A DNA stretch of 21,000 nt, from assembly GCA_964019335.1 (NCBI GenBank), contig OZ025776.1, forward strand, positions 1-21,000, read 5' to 3'. The position numbers were made by a program, and so were the translations under genes. Positions 7,648 through 19,518 of the stretch are shown piece after piece. How positions within the stretch are numbered: the stretch's first letter is position 1; every line of letters begins with the position of its first letter. This stretch comes from Diplonema japonicum (lineage: Eukaryota > Protista > Euglenozoa: Diplonemea). The notes beneath the pieces were generated by a model, which was not told the DNA's origin, did no database searches, and saw only the letters and a list, made by a program, of their open reading frames with translations.

Positions 7648-10600
7648 AGTACATCCCTGTGCTGTGGATACAATGTAGTGCTACCAGTACTACCAATAGT
7701 ACATCCTGTAGTAAGTACAGTGGTAAGTACTCATACCATTCCTAGCTAGCACAGGTAATGCATGTAGTACTATCAGTAGTACAGAGAGTACAGGCATGTA
7801 TATCCTGGGAGTACACACACCAATGCATCCCAAGGATGTGGTGTGCTCTCTAGCCATACCATCTCATGAGGATGGTGGCGGTATACTCTACCAACCATGT
7901 ACCTCATAATGAGGAGAACATGCTGGTAAGGATACTAACTAAGCATGAATACCTCTAAGCAGTACTATCCTAAGTATGGGCAGACACACAGAGGATGTAT
8001 CCCCAATACAGATAGTATGATATCAGTAGTACATCCTGTAGTACATACCATGGCATAGTACAGAAGGAGATGCCATGTTAGCTGTGCAGTAGATATCTAG
8101 TGGCACCATTCCCTGAGAACACAGGAGTATGGAACCAGTGGAATACCAGGAGTACTAACACAGGTAATGCCACCAATACACTGAGTGTGTGGCATAGAGC
8201 ATATCCTACCACCAGTACACACACAGTATGCATGAGCATATATCCTGTGTAGTGCTACATGTGCAATGGATGCAATGTAGTACTGTCATAGGTATCATGG
8301 CTAGTACATAGTATGATATCAGTAGCACAGGTATCCTGAGAGTGGAGGAACCTGTGGAATACTAGAAGTACTAACTCAGAGAATACCAGGAGTATGAAGT
8401 ACACCATCTCCAGCTAACACAGGTAATACCACCAGTAGCTGTGGTGGTGCCATGTACTGTATATGATATCATGCACACCAATACATACTGTATGTACATA
8501 GGGAATACATAGTATGTAGTGCATAGAGCACAGGGGATACATACTGTGCTAACTATGATATCTAGTGCTGTCAGTAGTACAGAGGTATCCTGAGAGTGGT
8601 GGTAACCCTAAGTTAGGGAAAGTACTAACTCAGAGAATACCAGGAGTATGGAACTAGGGAAGTACGTCATATCCTAGTAGCACAGGCAATGGCACCAATG
8701 CACAGGATGCAGTGCTATGTACTGTATATGATATCATGCACACCAATACATACTGTATGTACATAGGGATACATACTGTGCAGTGCATAGAGCACAGGGG
8801 ATACATACTGTGCTAACTATGATATCTAGTGCTGTCAGTAGTACAGAGGTATCCTGAGAAGGATAGTGATCCCAGAGAAGCAGTGGAATCAGGAGAACCA
8901 CTAACTTGGGGAATCCCTGAAGTACACCATCTCTAGCTAACACAGGTAATACCACCAGTAGCTGTGGTGGTGCCATGTACTGTATATGATATCATGCACA
9001 CCAATACACACAGTATGCATGAGCATATATCCTGTGTAGTGCTACATGTGCAATGGATGCATGTAGTACTGTCATAGGTATCATGGCTAGTACATAGTAT
9101 GATATCAGTAGCACAGGTATCCTGAGAGTGGAGGAACCTGTGGAATACTAGAAGTACTAACTCAGAGAATACCAGGAGTATGAAGTACACCATCTCCAGC
9201 TAACACAGGTAATACCACCAGTAGCTGTGGTGGTGCCATGTACTGTATATGATATCATGCACACCAATACATACTGTATGTACATAGGGAATACATAGTA
9301 TGTAGTGCATAGAGCACAGGGGGATACATACTGTGCTAACTATGATATCTAGTGCTGTCAGTAGTACAGAGGTGTGCAGAGAGGGAATACCAGAAGTAGT
9401 GGAATCATGAGAACTAATAAACCGCTAATCTGGAGAAGTACGAAGGATAGGAACAGGGGCATATCTAGTAGCACAGGCAATGGCACCAATGCACAGGATG
9501 CAGTGCTATGTACTGTATATGATATCATGCACACCAATACATACTGTATGTACATAGGGAATACATAGTATGTAGTGCATAGAGCACAATGGAGGCATGT
9601 AGTACTACCATAGATAATAGGGTGTCTAGAGGATAGGTCATATGGGGTGATTATGGGCATACCCAAATACCACTTTATTGGTAGGTACCTCATTCTATTC
9701 GAAGACTCAAGGGAATGGTCCCAGACCAATTCTGAGAAATGATATCCCCTTTTTGGGAAAAGGCCCGGTGAGCCTCGGACCTCATTTCAGGCCTAAAAGG
9801 GGGTATCTAGGTGTATAGGGTATATCTAGTAATATGTAGGTAGTACATTATCCCTTGTATACTGTAGTATTAGGGACATGTAGTGCTACCATTAGTACAG
9901 ACAGTGTAACACAGTGAATATGTTGTTGCACCAGTATTCACACAGTGTATCTAAGTAAGTAACTATGGAAGTACATGTTAATAGTAAGTACATCATCCCA
10001 TAAGGGTGTGGCTATACATCTGGGGATACCTGTGGGGAGCATATACAGGTGGTAGTACAGACACACTGTTTAGCTAAGTACCATAACACAGGAACATAGA
10101 CAGTGTGAAGTACGTAATACCACAGTATGCATGGGATAACAGTAAGTACAGTAACTACACATTATCAGAGAACAGCAGAGAGTGTGTAACCCCTGATAAC
10201 GGGTGTGCTGTACAGAGGTATCCTTAGAAAGGGTGCTTTAACCTGGGGATTAGGGTGTAGAGACCTGTATATGGACTCATGTCCTTACGCGCGCGCGCGC
10301 GCGTGGGGGATATAGCGAGGTAATTCTACGAATTCATCCGTAGTGTCCCACAAGGGTTTCAGGAATTGCATAGCTACAGGGACGTAAACCCCTAGATTGG
10401 GACCCCCTCGGAACCCTTAGATCCTGGGATTAGGGATGCTAGGACCTGTTAGCAGAGGTACGGAGGCCTGTGGGGAGTATATCCAGAGGTACTGATATCC
10501 ATAACATACAAGAGGAAGCACACTGTTTAGCTAAGTACAGTAACACACTACACACTAACACAGAGAGTAACACAGACAGTGTGTAGTAATACATGTAGTA

Positions 10601-12681
10601 GCACAAGCAGTGCTCCAGAAGGGTGTAGCTATACATCTGGGGATAACACCAACTAACAGGAACACCAGCAGAAGGGTGTGTTCTCTGGGGGTAGCACAAG
10701 TAGGGTGTCTGGTGGTGGTATCTCATAACAGGGGATTCCATAGCAGGGCACGTCTGGGGGCCTGTAGTAAGTACCTGTTAGCAGGGACACACACTGTTAC
10801 CAGGGACACACACTGTTAGCAGAGAGTATGTAACCACTGGTATGGGGTAGTACATTATCCCTTGTATACTGTGGTATTAGCCCCTACACACTGTCTACTA
10901 ACTAACCCCTTGTCTACACACTGTCTACTAACCCCTATGTATTAGACCCTTATCCTAACCCCCCCTCTCTGTACCCCCTTATATTGGGGGTCCTATACCC
11001 TACCCCTTTGGGGACACCTTGGGGGGCACCTTACTATCCTAACAGTTATCCTTACGCGCGCGCGCGCGCGTGGGGGATATAGCGAGGTAATTTGCATAAT
11101 TCTTACGTAGTGTCCCACAAGGGTTTCAGGAATTGGAGGGCTACAGGGACGTAGATATTCTCTGGGACGTAGCGGGTTAATTTGCAGAAATCACCCGTAG
11201 GAGCCCAGAGAGGTGTCCCAATATTGGAGGGCTACAGGGACGTAAACCATTCCAGGGCTCCTACGGGGTAATTCTACGAATTCACCCGATACAGCCCTGA
11301 AGGGGTTCAGGAATCGGAGGGCTACAGGGACGTAAACCCCTAGCATGCCCCCTTATCCAGCCCTTCTGGGACCCCTCAATATACCCTCCTATTACCACCT
11401 ATAATACTATCATTACATACTATGTAAGTACTGTGTATGTATCATATATCTATCCCATGTATACGGGGGATATATGTACATGCATAATACTAGTATTACA
11501 TAATGATGTACTAACTGTATTAATGGTATCATAACCCTACTCATCCCCTCATGACATCATCCTGGGGATGGGGACCCCTTCTCTAGATCCCAGGATCCCA
11601 GGGGTGGAGACCCAACCTCTAGATCCCAGGATCCCTAGCTTGGACCACCATCTCTAGACACCACTACATCCTGAGAGTGTCTGTAGAGATACCTATGATA
11701 CTACTATTACATAATATGTAAGTACTGTGTATGTATCATATATCTATCCCATGCATACGGAGGATATATGTACATGCATAATACTAGTATTACATAATGA
11801 TGTACTAACTGTATTAATGGTATCATAGCTCTACTCATCCCCTCATGACATCATCCTGGGGATGGGGACCCCTTCTCTAGATCCCAGGATCCCAGGGGTG
11901 GAGACCCAACCTCTAGAGATCCCAGGATCCCTAGCTTGGACCACCATCTCTAGACACCACCACATCCTGAGAGTGTCTGTAGAGATACCAGCATACTACT
12001 TATCATGTAAGTACTCTGTGTAGTAGTACATACAGTATATGATATACATGTACTAGCACTAACACAGTGTGTATGCCTACTTATCATAGTAGTAGTATTA
12101 TCATATCATGGCATGATGGTACATCCTAAGGATGCCATCATATCCAGAGAGTGGGAGAACATACCATCTCTCTAGCCATGACATCATGGAGCATACCACT
12201 AACGGTATCATTACCATAGATCATGTCATGCATGGATCATGGGATGTACAGAGTAGAGGTATTATCTACTAGAAGAGCAGCTGTGCTCTCTCTAGCCATA
12301 CCATCTACAGAGTATGCTGGCAGTATACTCTAGTAACCATGTACCTCATATCCTAGTCATGAGGATGGTGGCGGTATACTCTAGTAACCATGTACCTCAT
12401 ATTGTAGCTACTCCATTATCCCTAGAGAAGGGAATGGTGGTGGTGTACATCCTAGGCAACAATGCCTGTGGGGAATACCACCAGTACTACAGAGAGTATC
12501 TCATACCATATCCTAGTCATGAGGATGATGGTGTGCTCTCTCTCTAGGGAAGTACATCCGTAGTACTATCAGTAGGATATACAGTAGTAAGTACAATGGT
12601 AAGTACTCATGCCAATGCATGTAGTGCTACCAGTACTATCAGTAGTACATCCTGTAGAGCAGAGAAGGAAGTACTCCTGCT

Positions 12682-12933
12682 CCTATCACCAATGCTATCA
12701 GTACCACAGGAGGGCTATGCACTGTACTCCTAGCAATAGCACTGATGCTGTCTACATCCTTAGAGGCATCCCTGTGAGACACTCTGCAGACACGAGGTAC
12801 TTCAGTAGTGTCTACTCATGTACGTAGAGCAGTGCTCGTAGGATCTACTAACCTAGACACTGCTAGCAGAGGACAGCTCATGCTACATACCTGTACAGCT
12901 AACAGTATCCGTAGTGGTGTCAGCATGCAGTGC
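12682..12933 (+). CDS. cox1: Probable cytochrome c oxidase subunit 1 3'-terminal module (helix XII and C-terminal tail)
   Basis: Open with UGA=W across the ~250-bp cassette: ITNAISTTGGLCTVLLAIALMLSTSLEASLWDTLQTR...QLMLHTC, resembling Cox1 WNxISSxGSxxS...IWE and the terminal HT motif. Divergent, so moderate confidence. Confidence 0.6.
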
Positions 12934-13019
12934 TATCAATACCACCAGTACTGTGAGTAGTACATCCTGTGAGTAATGCTAGTAGAATATACTCATGCCA
13001 TTCCTAGCTAACACAGGAG

Positions 13020-13259
13020 AGTGCATGAAGCACTCATGTCTGCCATGACTGGTACCAACAGCTGTTGTCCCAGAGTACACCAACTAACATACATCAGCAG
13101 TACCAGCTGTAGAGCATATCATCATCCTACGTAGCAGCACAGCAGCTGTGTGGGTGAGTATGATCATGCAGAGCTACTGTAGCAGAGGGTAGCTGTAGTA
13201 GCTGTAGTACTGACCATGATAGTATACTCAGGTAGTACAGAGAGCACAGCTGCTCTCAT
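13020..13259 (-). CDS. Probable 5'-terminal module of a complex I antiporter-like subunit (nad5 or nad4)
   Basis: Frame open across the whole cassette with UGA=W: MRAAVLSVLPEYTIMVSTTATTATLCYSSSAWSYSPTQLLCCYVGWWYALQLVLLMYVSWCTLGQQLLVPVMADMSASC. The W-x3-G-x9-D-x-S spacing recalls the N-terminal W..G..DxLS region of ND4/ND5. Confidence 0.45.
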
Positions 13260-13384
13260 ACATCCAGTAGTAAGTACAATGGTAAGTACTCATACCATTC
13301 CTAGCTAGCACAGGTAATGCATGTAGTACTATCAGTAGTACATCCTGTAGAGCAGAGAAGGAAGTACTCCTGCTCATGTCATAG

Positions 13385-13585
13385 CTAAGACAGGCATTGA
13401 TCAGTATCATTGCACACTGCTGCTACCATGAGTATAGACAAGGAGCATGACAGCATACTCAGCCTACTCAGTGGAGAGGTGTGCATGGAAGCTACTCCTA
13501 GATCTACCAGTACTCTGAGGAGTGCTCATGGAAGTATCATTACTACCAGGAACACCAGCTGCATCAATACCATCAGTGCTATCAG
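13385..13585 (-). CDS. Unassigned hydrophobic 3'-terminal gene module (possibly last cob module)
   Basis: Reads LIALMVLMQLVFLVVMILPWALLRVLVDLGVASMHTSPLSRLSMLSCSLSILMVAAVCNDTDQCLS-stop (UGA=W), with the stop inside unique sequence. Identical copy in unit 4. Confidence 0.55.
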
Positions 13586-16500
13586 TAAGTACAATGATAA
13601 GTACTCATACCATTCCTAGCTAACACAGGTAATGCATATAGTACTATCAGTAGTACAGAGAGTACAGGCATGTATATCCTGGGAGTACACACACCAATGC
13701 ATCCCAGGGATGTGGTGTGCTCTCTAGCCATACCATCTCATGAGGATGGTGGCGGTATACTCTACCAACCATGTACCTCATAATGAGGAGAACATGCTGG
13801 TAAGGATACTAACTAAGCATGAATACCTCTAAGCAGTACTATCCTAAGTATGGGCAGACACACAGAGGATGTATCCCCAATACAGATAGTATGATATCAG
13901 TAGTACATCCTGTAGTACATACCATGGCATAGTACAGAAGGAGATGCCATGTTAGCTGTGCAGTAGATATCTAGTGGCACCATTCCCTGAGAACACAGGA
14001 GTATGGAACCAGTGGAATACCAGGAGTACTAACACAGGTAATGCCACCAATACACTGAGTGTGTGGCATAGAGCATATCCTACCACCAGTACACACACAG
14101 TATGCATGAGCATATATCCTGTGTAGTGCTACATGTGCAATGGATGCATGTAGTACTGTCATAGGTATCATGGCTAGTACATAGTATGATATCAGTAGCA
14201 CAGGTATCCTGAGAGTGGAGGAACCTGTGGAATACTAGAAGTACTAACTCAGAGAATACCAGGAGTATGGAACTACACCATCTCCAGCTAGCACAGGTAA
14301 TACCACCAGTAGCTGTGGTGGTGCCATGTACTGTATGATATCATGCACACCAATACATACTGTATGTACATAGGGAATACATAGTATGTAGTGCATAGAG
14401 CACAGGGGATACATACTGTGCTAACTATGATATCTAGTGCTGTCAGTAGTACAGAGGTATCCTGAGAAGGGTAGTGATCCCAGAGAAGCAGTGGAATCAG
14501 GAGAACCACTAACTTGGGGAATCCCTGAAGTAGTACATCCCTGGTAACACAGGCAATGGCACCAATGCACAGGATGCAGTGCCATGTACTATATACCATA
14601 TCATGCACACCAATACACAGTATGCATGAGCATATATCCTGTGTAGTGCTACATGTGCAATGGATGCATGTAGTACATCCTGTAGTACATACCATGGCAT
14701 AGTACAGAAGGAGATGCCATGTTAGCTGTGCAGTAGATATCTAGTGGCACCATTCCCTGAGAACACAGGAGTATGGAACCAGTGGAATACCAGGAGTACT
14801 AACACAGGTAATGCCACCAATACACTGAGTGTGTGGCATAGAGCATATCCTACCACCAGTACACACACAGTATGCATGAGCATATATCCTGTGTAGTGCT
14901 ACATGTGCAATGGATGCATGTAGTACTGTCATAGGTATCATGGCTAGTACATAGTATGATATCAGTAGCACAGGTATCCTGAGAGTGGAGGAACCTGTGG
15001 AGGAACCTGTGGAATACTAGAAGTACTAACTCAGAGAATACCAGGAGTATGGAACTACACCATCTCCAGCTAGCACAGGTAATACCACCAGTAGCTGTGG
15101 TGGTGCCATGTACTGTATATGATATCATGCACACCAATACATACTGTATGTACATAGGGAATACGTACTGTGCAGTGCATAGAGCACAGGGGATACATAC
15201 TGTGCTAACTATGATATCTAGTGCTAGGAGTAGTACAGAGGTGTGCAGAGGGAATACCAGAAGTAGTGGAATCATGAGAACTAAATAAACCACTAATCTG
15301 GAGAAGTACGAAGGATAGGAACAGGGCATATCTAGTAGCACAGGCAATGGCACCAATGCACAGGATGCAGTGCCATGTACTGTATACCATATCATGCACA
15401 CCAATACATACTGTATGTACGTAGGGAATACATAGTATGTAGTGCATAGAGCACAATGGAGGCATGTAGTACTACCATAGATAATAGGGTGTCTAGAGGA
15501 TAGGTCATATGGGGTGATTATGGGCATACCCAAAATACCACTTTATTGGTAGGTACCTCATTCTATTCGAAGACTCAAGGGAATGGTCCCAGACCAATTC
15601 TGAGAAATGATATCCCCTTTTTGGGAAAAGGCCCGGTGAGCCTCGGACCTCATTTCAGGCCTAAAAGGGGTATCTAGGTGTACAGGGTATATCTAGTAAT
15701 ATGTAGGTAGTACATTAGTCCCTTGTATACTGTAGTATTGGGGACATGTAGTGCTACCAGTAGTACAGACAGTGTAACACAGTGAATATGTTGTTGCACC
15801 AGTATTCACACAGTGTATCTAAGTAAGTAACTATGGAAGTACATGTTAATAGTAAGTACACCATCCCAGAAGGGTGTGGCTATACATCTGGGGATACCTG
15901 TGGGGAGCATATACAGGTGGTAGTACAGACACACTGTTTAGCTAAGTACCATAACACAGGAACGTAGACAGTGTGAAGTACGTAATACCACAGTATGCAT
16001 GGGATAACAGTAAGTACAGTAACTACACATTATCAGAGAACAGCAGAGAGTGTGTAACCCCTGATAACGGGTGTGCTGTACAGAGGTATCCTTAGAAAGG
16101 GTGCTTTAACCTGGGGATTAGGGTGTAGAGACCTGTATATGGACTCATGTCCTTACGCGCGCGCGCGCGCGTGGGGGATATAGCGGGGTAATTCTACGAA
16201 TTCATCCGTAGTGTCCCACAAGGGTTTCAGGAATTGCATAGCTACAGGGACGTAAACCCCTAGATTGGGACCCCTTGGAACCCTTAGATCCTGGGATTAG
16301 GGATGCTAGGACCTGTTAGCAGAGGTACGGAGGCCTGTGGGGAGTACATCCAGAGGTACTGATATCCATAACATACAAGAGGAAGCACACTGTTTAGCTA
16401 AGTACAGTAACACACTACACACTAACACAGAGAGTAACACAGACAGTGTGTAGTAATACATGTAGTAGCACAAGCAGTGCTCCAGAAGGGTGTAGCTATA

Positions 16501-18667
16501 CATCTGGGGATAACACCAACTAACAGGAACACCAGCAGAAGGGTGTGTTCTCTGGGGGTAGCACAAGTAGGGTGTCTGGTGGTGGTATCTCATAACAGGG
16601 GATTCCATAGCAGGGCACGTCTGGGGGCCTGTAGTAAGTACCTGTTAGCAGAGACACACACTGTTACCAGGGACACACACTGTTAGCAGAGAGTATGTAA
16701 CCACTGGTATGGGGTAGTACATTATCCCTTGTATACTGTGGTATTAGCCCCTACACACTGTCTACTAACTAACCCCTTGTCTACACACTGTCTACTAACC
16801 CCTATGTATTAGACCCTTATCCTAACCCCCCTCTCTGTACCCCTTATATTGGGGTCCTATACCCTACCCCTTTGGGGACACCTTGGGGCACCTTACTATC
16901 CTAACAGTTATCCTTACGCGCGCGCGCGCGCGTGGGGGATATAGCGAGGTAATTTGCATAATTCTTACGTAGTGTCCCACAAGGGTTTCAGGAATTGCAT
17001 AGCTACAGGGACGTAGATATTCTCTGGGACGTAGCGGGTTAATTTGCAGAAATCACCCGTAGGAGCCCAGAGAGGTGTCCCAATATTGGAGGGCTACAGG
17101 GACGTAAACCATTCCAGGGCTCCTACGGGGTAATTCTACGAATTCACCCGATACAGCCCTGAAGGGGTTCAGGAATCGGAGGGCTACAGGGACGTAAACC
17201 CCTAGCATGCCCCCTTATCCAGCCCTTCTGGGACCCCTCAATATACCCTCCTATTACCACCTATAATACTATCATTACATACTATGTAAGTACTGTGTAT
17301 GTATCATATATCTATCCCATGTATACGGGGGATATATGTACATGCATAATACTAGTATTACATAATGATGTACTAACTGTATTAATGGTATCATAACCCT
17401 ACTCATCCCCTCATGACATCATCCTGGGGATGGGGACCCCTTCTCTAGATCCCAGGATCCCAGGGGTGGAGACCCAACCTCTAGATCCCAGGATCCCTAG
17501 CTTGGATACCATCTCTAGACACCACCACATCCTGAGAGTGTCTGTAGAGATAACTATAATACTATCATTACATACTATGTAAGTACTGTGTATGTATCAT
17601 ATATCTATCCCATACATACGGGGGATATATGTACATGCATAATACTAGTATTACATAATGATGTACTAACTGTATTAATGGTATCATAGCTCTACTCATC
17701 CCTCATGACATCATCCTGGGGATGGGGACCCCTTCTCTAGATCCCAGGATCCCAGGGGTGGAGACCCAACCTCTAGATCCCAGGATCCCTAGCTTGGATA
17801 CCATCTCTAGACACCACCACATCCTGAGAGTGTCTGTAGAGATACCAGCATACTACTTATCATGTAAGTACTCTGTGTAGTAGTACATACAGTATATAAT
17901 ATACATGTACTAGCACTAACACAGTGTGTATGCCTACTTATCATAGTAGTAGTATTATCATATCATGGCATGATGGTACATCCTAAGGATGCCAGCATAT
18001 CCAGAGAGTGGGGAGAACACACCATCTCTCTAGCCATGACATCATGGAGCATACCACTAACGGTATCATTACCATAGATCATGTCATGCATGGATCATGG
18101 GATGTACAGAGTAGAGGTATTATCTACTAGAAGAGCAGCTGTGCTCTCTAGCCATACCATCTACAGAGTATGGTGGCGGTATACTCTACCAACCATGTAC
18201 CTCATACTGTAGCTACTCCATTATCCCTAGAGAAGGGAATGGTGGTGGTGGTGTACATCCTAGGCAACAATGCCTGTGGGAATACCACCAGTACTGTGAG
18301 TAGTACATCCAGTAGAGCAGAGAAGGAGATGCTCCTGCTCATACCATGGCTGCATCAGTACTGTCATACTATCAGTAGGATATACTGTAGTAAGTACAAT
18401 GATAAGTACTCATGCCAATGCATGTAGTGCTACCAGTACTATCAGTAGTATATACTGTAGTAAGTACTCATACCATTCCTAGCTAACACAGGTAATGCAT
18501 GTAGTGCTATCAGTAGTACAGAGAGTACAGGCATGTCATATCCTAGTCATGAGGATGATGGTGTGCTCTCTAGGGAAGTACATCCATAGTACTACCAGTA
18601 GATCCATAGCTAAGCAGAGAAGGAGAGGCACTGTTAGCTGTAGTAGTATCATAGCTAGGCAATGGGG

Positions 18668-18856
18668 AATGCATCATGCATTGTCCCTGGTGGCTTACGT
18701 AGTGCTACCTTAGCTCATAGCCTGCATGTGCTATTGGAGTGCATCCATGCCATGACTATGAAGATGGACAGCTTAGTCAATGCTGTTGCTCTACACAGAG
18801 TATGAGCCACTAGACTGACTAGCATTGGAGTGGTGGCTACGCAGGGCACCAGCTCC
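18668..18856 (+). CDS. nad7: NADH dehydrogenase subunit 7 (49 kDa) internal gene module
   Basis: Reads ASCIVPGGLRSATLAHSLHVLLECIHAMTMKMDSLVNAVALHRVWATRLTSIGVVATQ, colinear with Nad7 AAYIRPGGV...IDELE..L..NRIWKQRLVDIGVV. W in RVW is UGA. Confidence 0.93.
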
Positions 18857-19074
18857 TCTTCATACCATGTACTGTACTAGCTACTTGCAAGTAGCCTGCT
18901 CATGCTACCACCAGTACTGTGAGTAGTAGTACATCCTGTAGTAAGTACAATGATAAGTACTCATGCCAATGCATGTAGTGCTACCAGTAGTATCAGTAGT
19001 ACATCCTGTAGTAAGTACTCATACCATTCCTAGCTAGCACAGGTAATGCATGTAGTACTATCAGTACTATCAGT

Positions 19075-19209
19075 ACAGCTGTACATGTAGTAGCTCATGC
19101 AGCCTTCAAGGCCATGCTGTTCATGTGCTTAGGTGTCCTGCTCCATGGAAGTGGTGTACAGGACAGTAGAGCATTACCAGCAGAGCACAGCTACATCATC
19201 CTAAGCCTG
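19075..19209 (+). CDS. nad5: NADH dehydrogenase subunit 5 internal gene module
   Basis: Reads AVHVVAHAAFKAMLFMCLGVLLHGSGVQDSR, matching ND5 FHLxTHAFFKALLFxCxGxIIH....QDIR. Confidence 0.93.
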
Positions 19210-19317
19210 TAAGTAAGTACAATGATAAGTACTCATGCCAATGCATGTAGTGCTACCAGTAGTATCAGTAGTACATCCTGTAGAGCAGAGAAGGAAGTAC
19301 TCCTGCTCATGTCATAG

Positions 19318-19518
19318 CTAAGACAGGCATTGATCAGTATCATTGCACACTGCTGCTACCATGAGTATAGACAAGGAGCATGACAGCATACTCAGCCTAC
19401 TCAGTGGAGAGGTGTGCATGGAAGCTACTCCTAGATCTACCAGTACTCTGAGGAGTGCTCATGGAAGTATCATTACTACCAGGAACACCAGCTGCATCAA
19501 TACCATCAGTGCTATCAG
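19318..19518 (-). CDS. Second copy of the unassigned 3'-terminal module at 13385-13585
   Basis: Base-for-base identical by eye to the unit-3 cassette (offset 5933). Confidence 0.55.

Larger units (their letters stand above)
5278..11037. repeat. Chromosome-like unit 2 (constant region plus 2-cassette array at ~6720-7835)
   Basis: Same constant region as unit 1 (e.g. ORF-track frames 3597/9358 and 4678/10439 are identical) but different unique cassettes. Confidence 0.93.
11038..16899. repeat. Chromosome-like unit 3 (constant region plus 3-cassette array at ~12540-13710)
   Basis: Same constant region with scattered substitutions and small indels; different cassettes. Confidence 0.93.

Noticed and set aside
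16800-16900. One- or two-base length differences in G/C homopolymers and ga/ct dinucleotide runs between units
   Set aside because: Typical of long-read sequencing error; not treated as biological variation.
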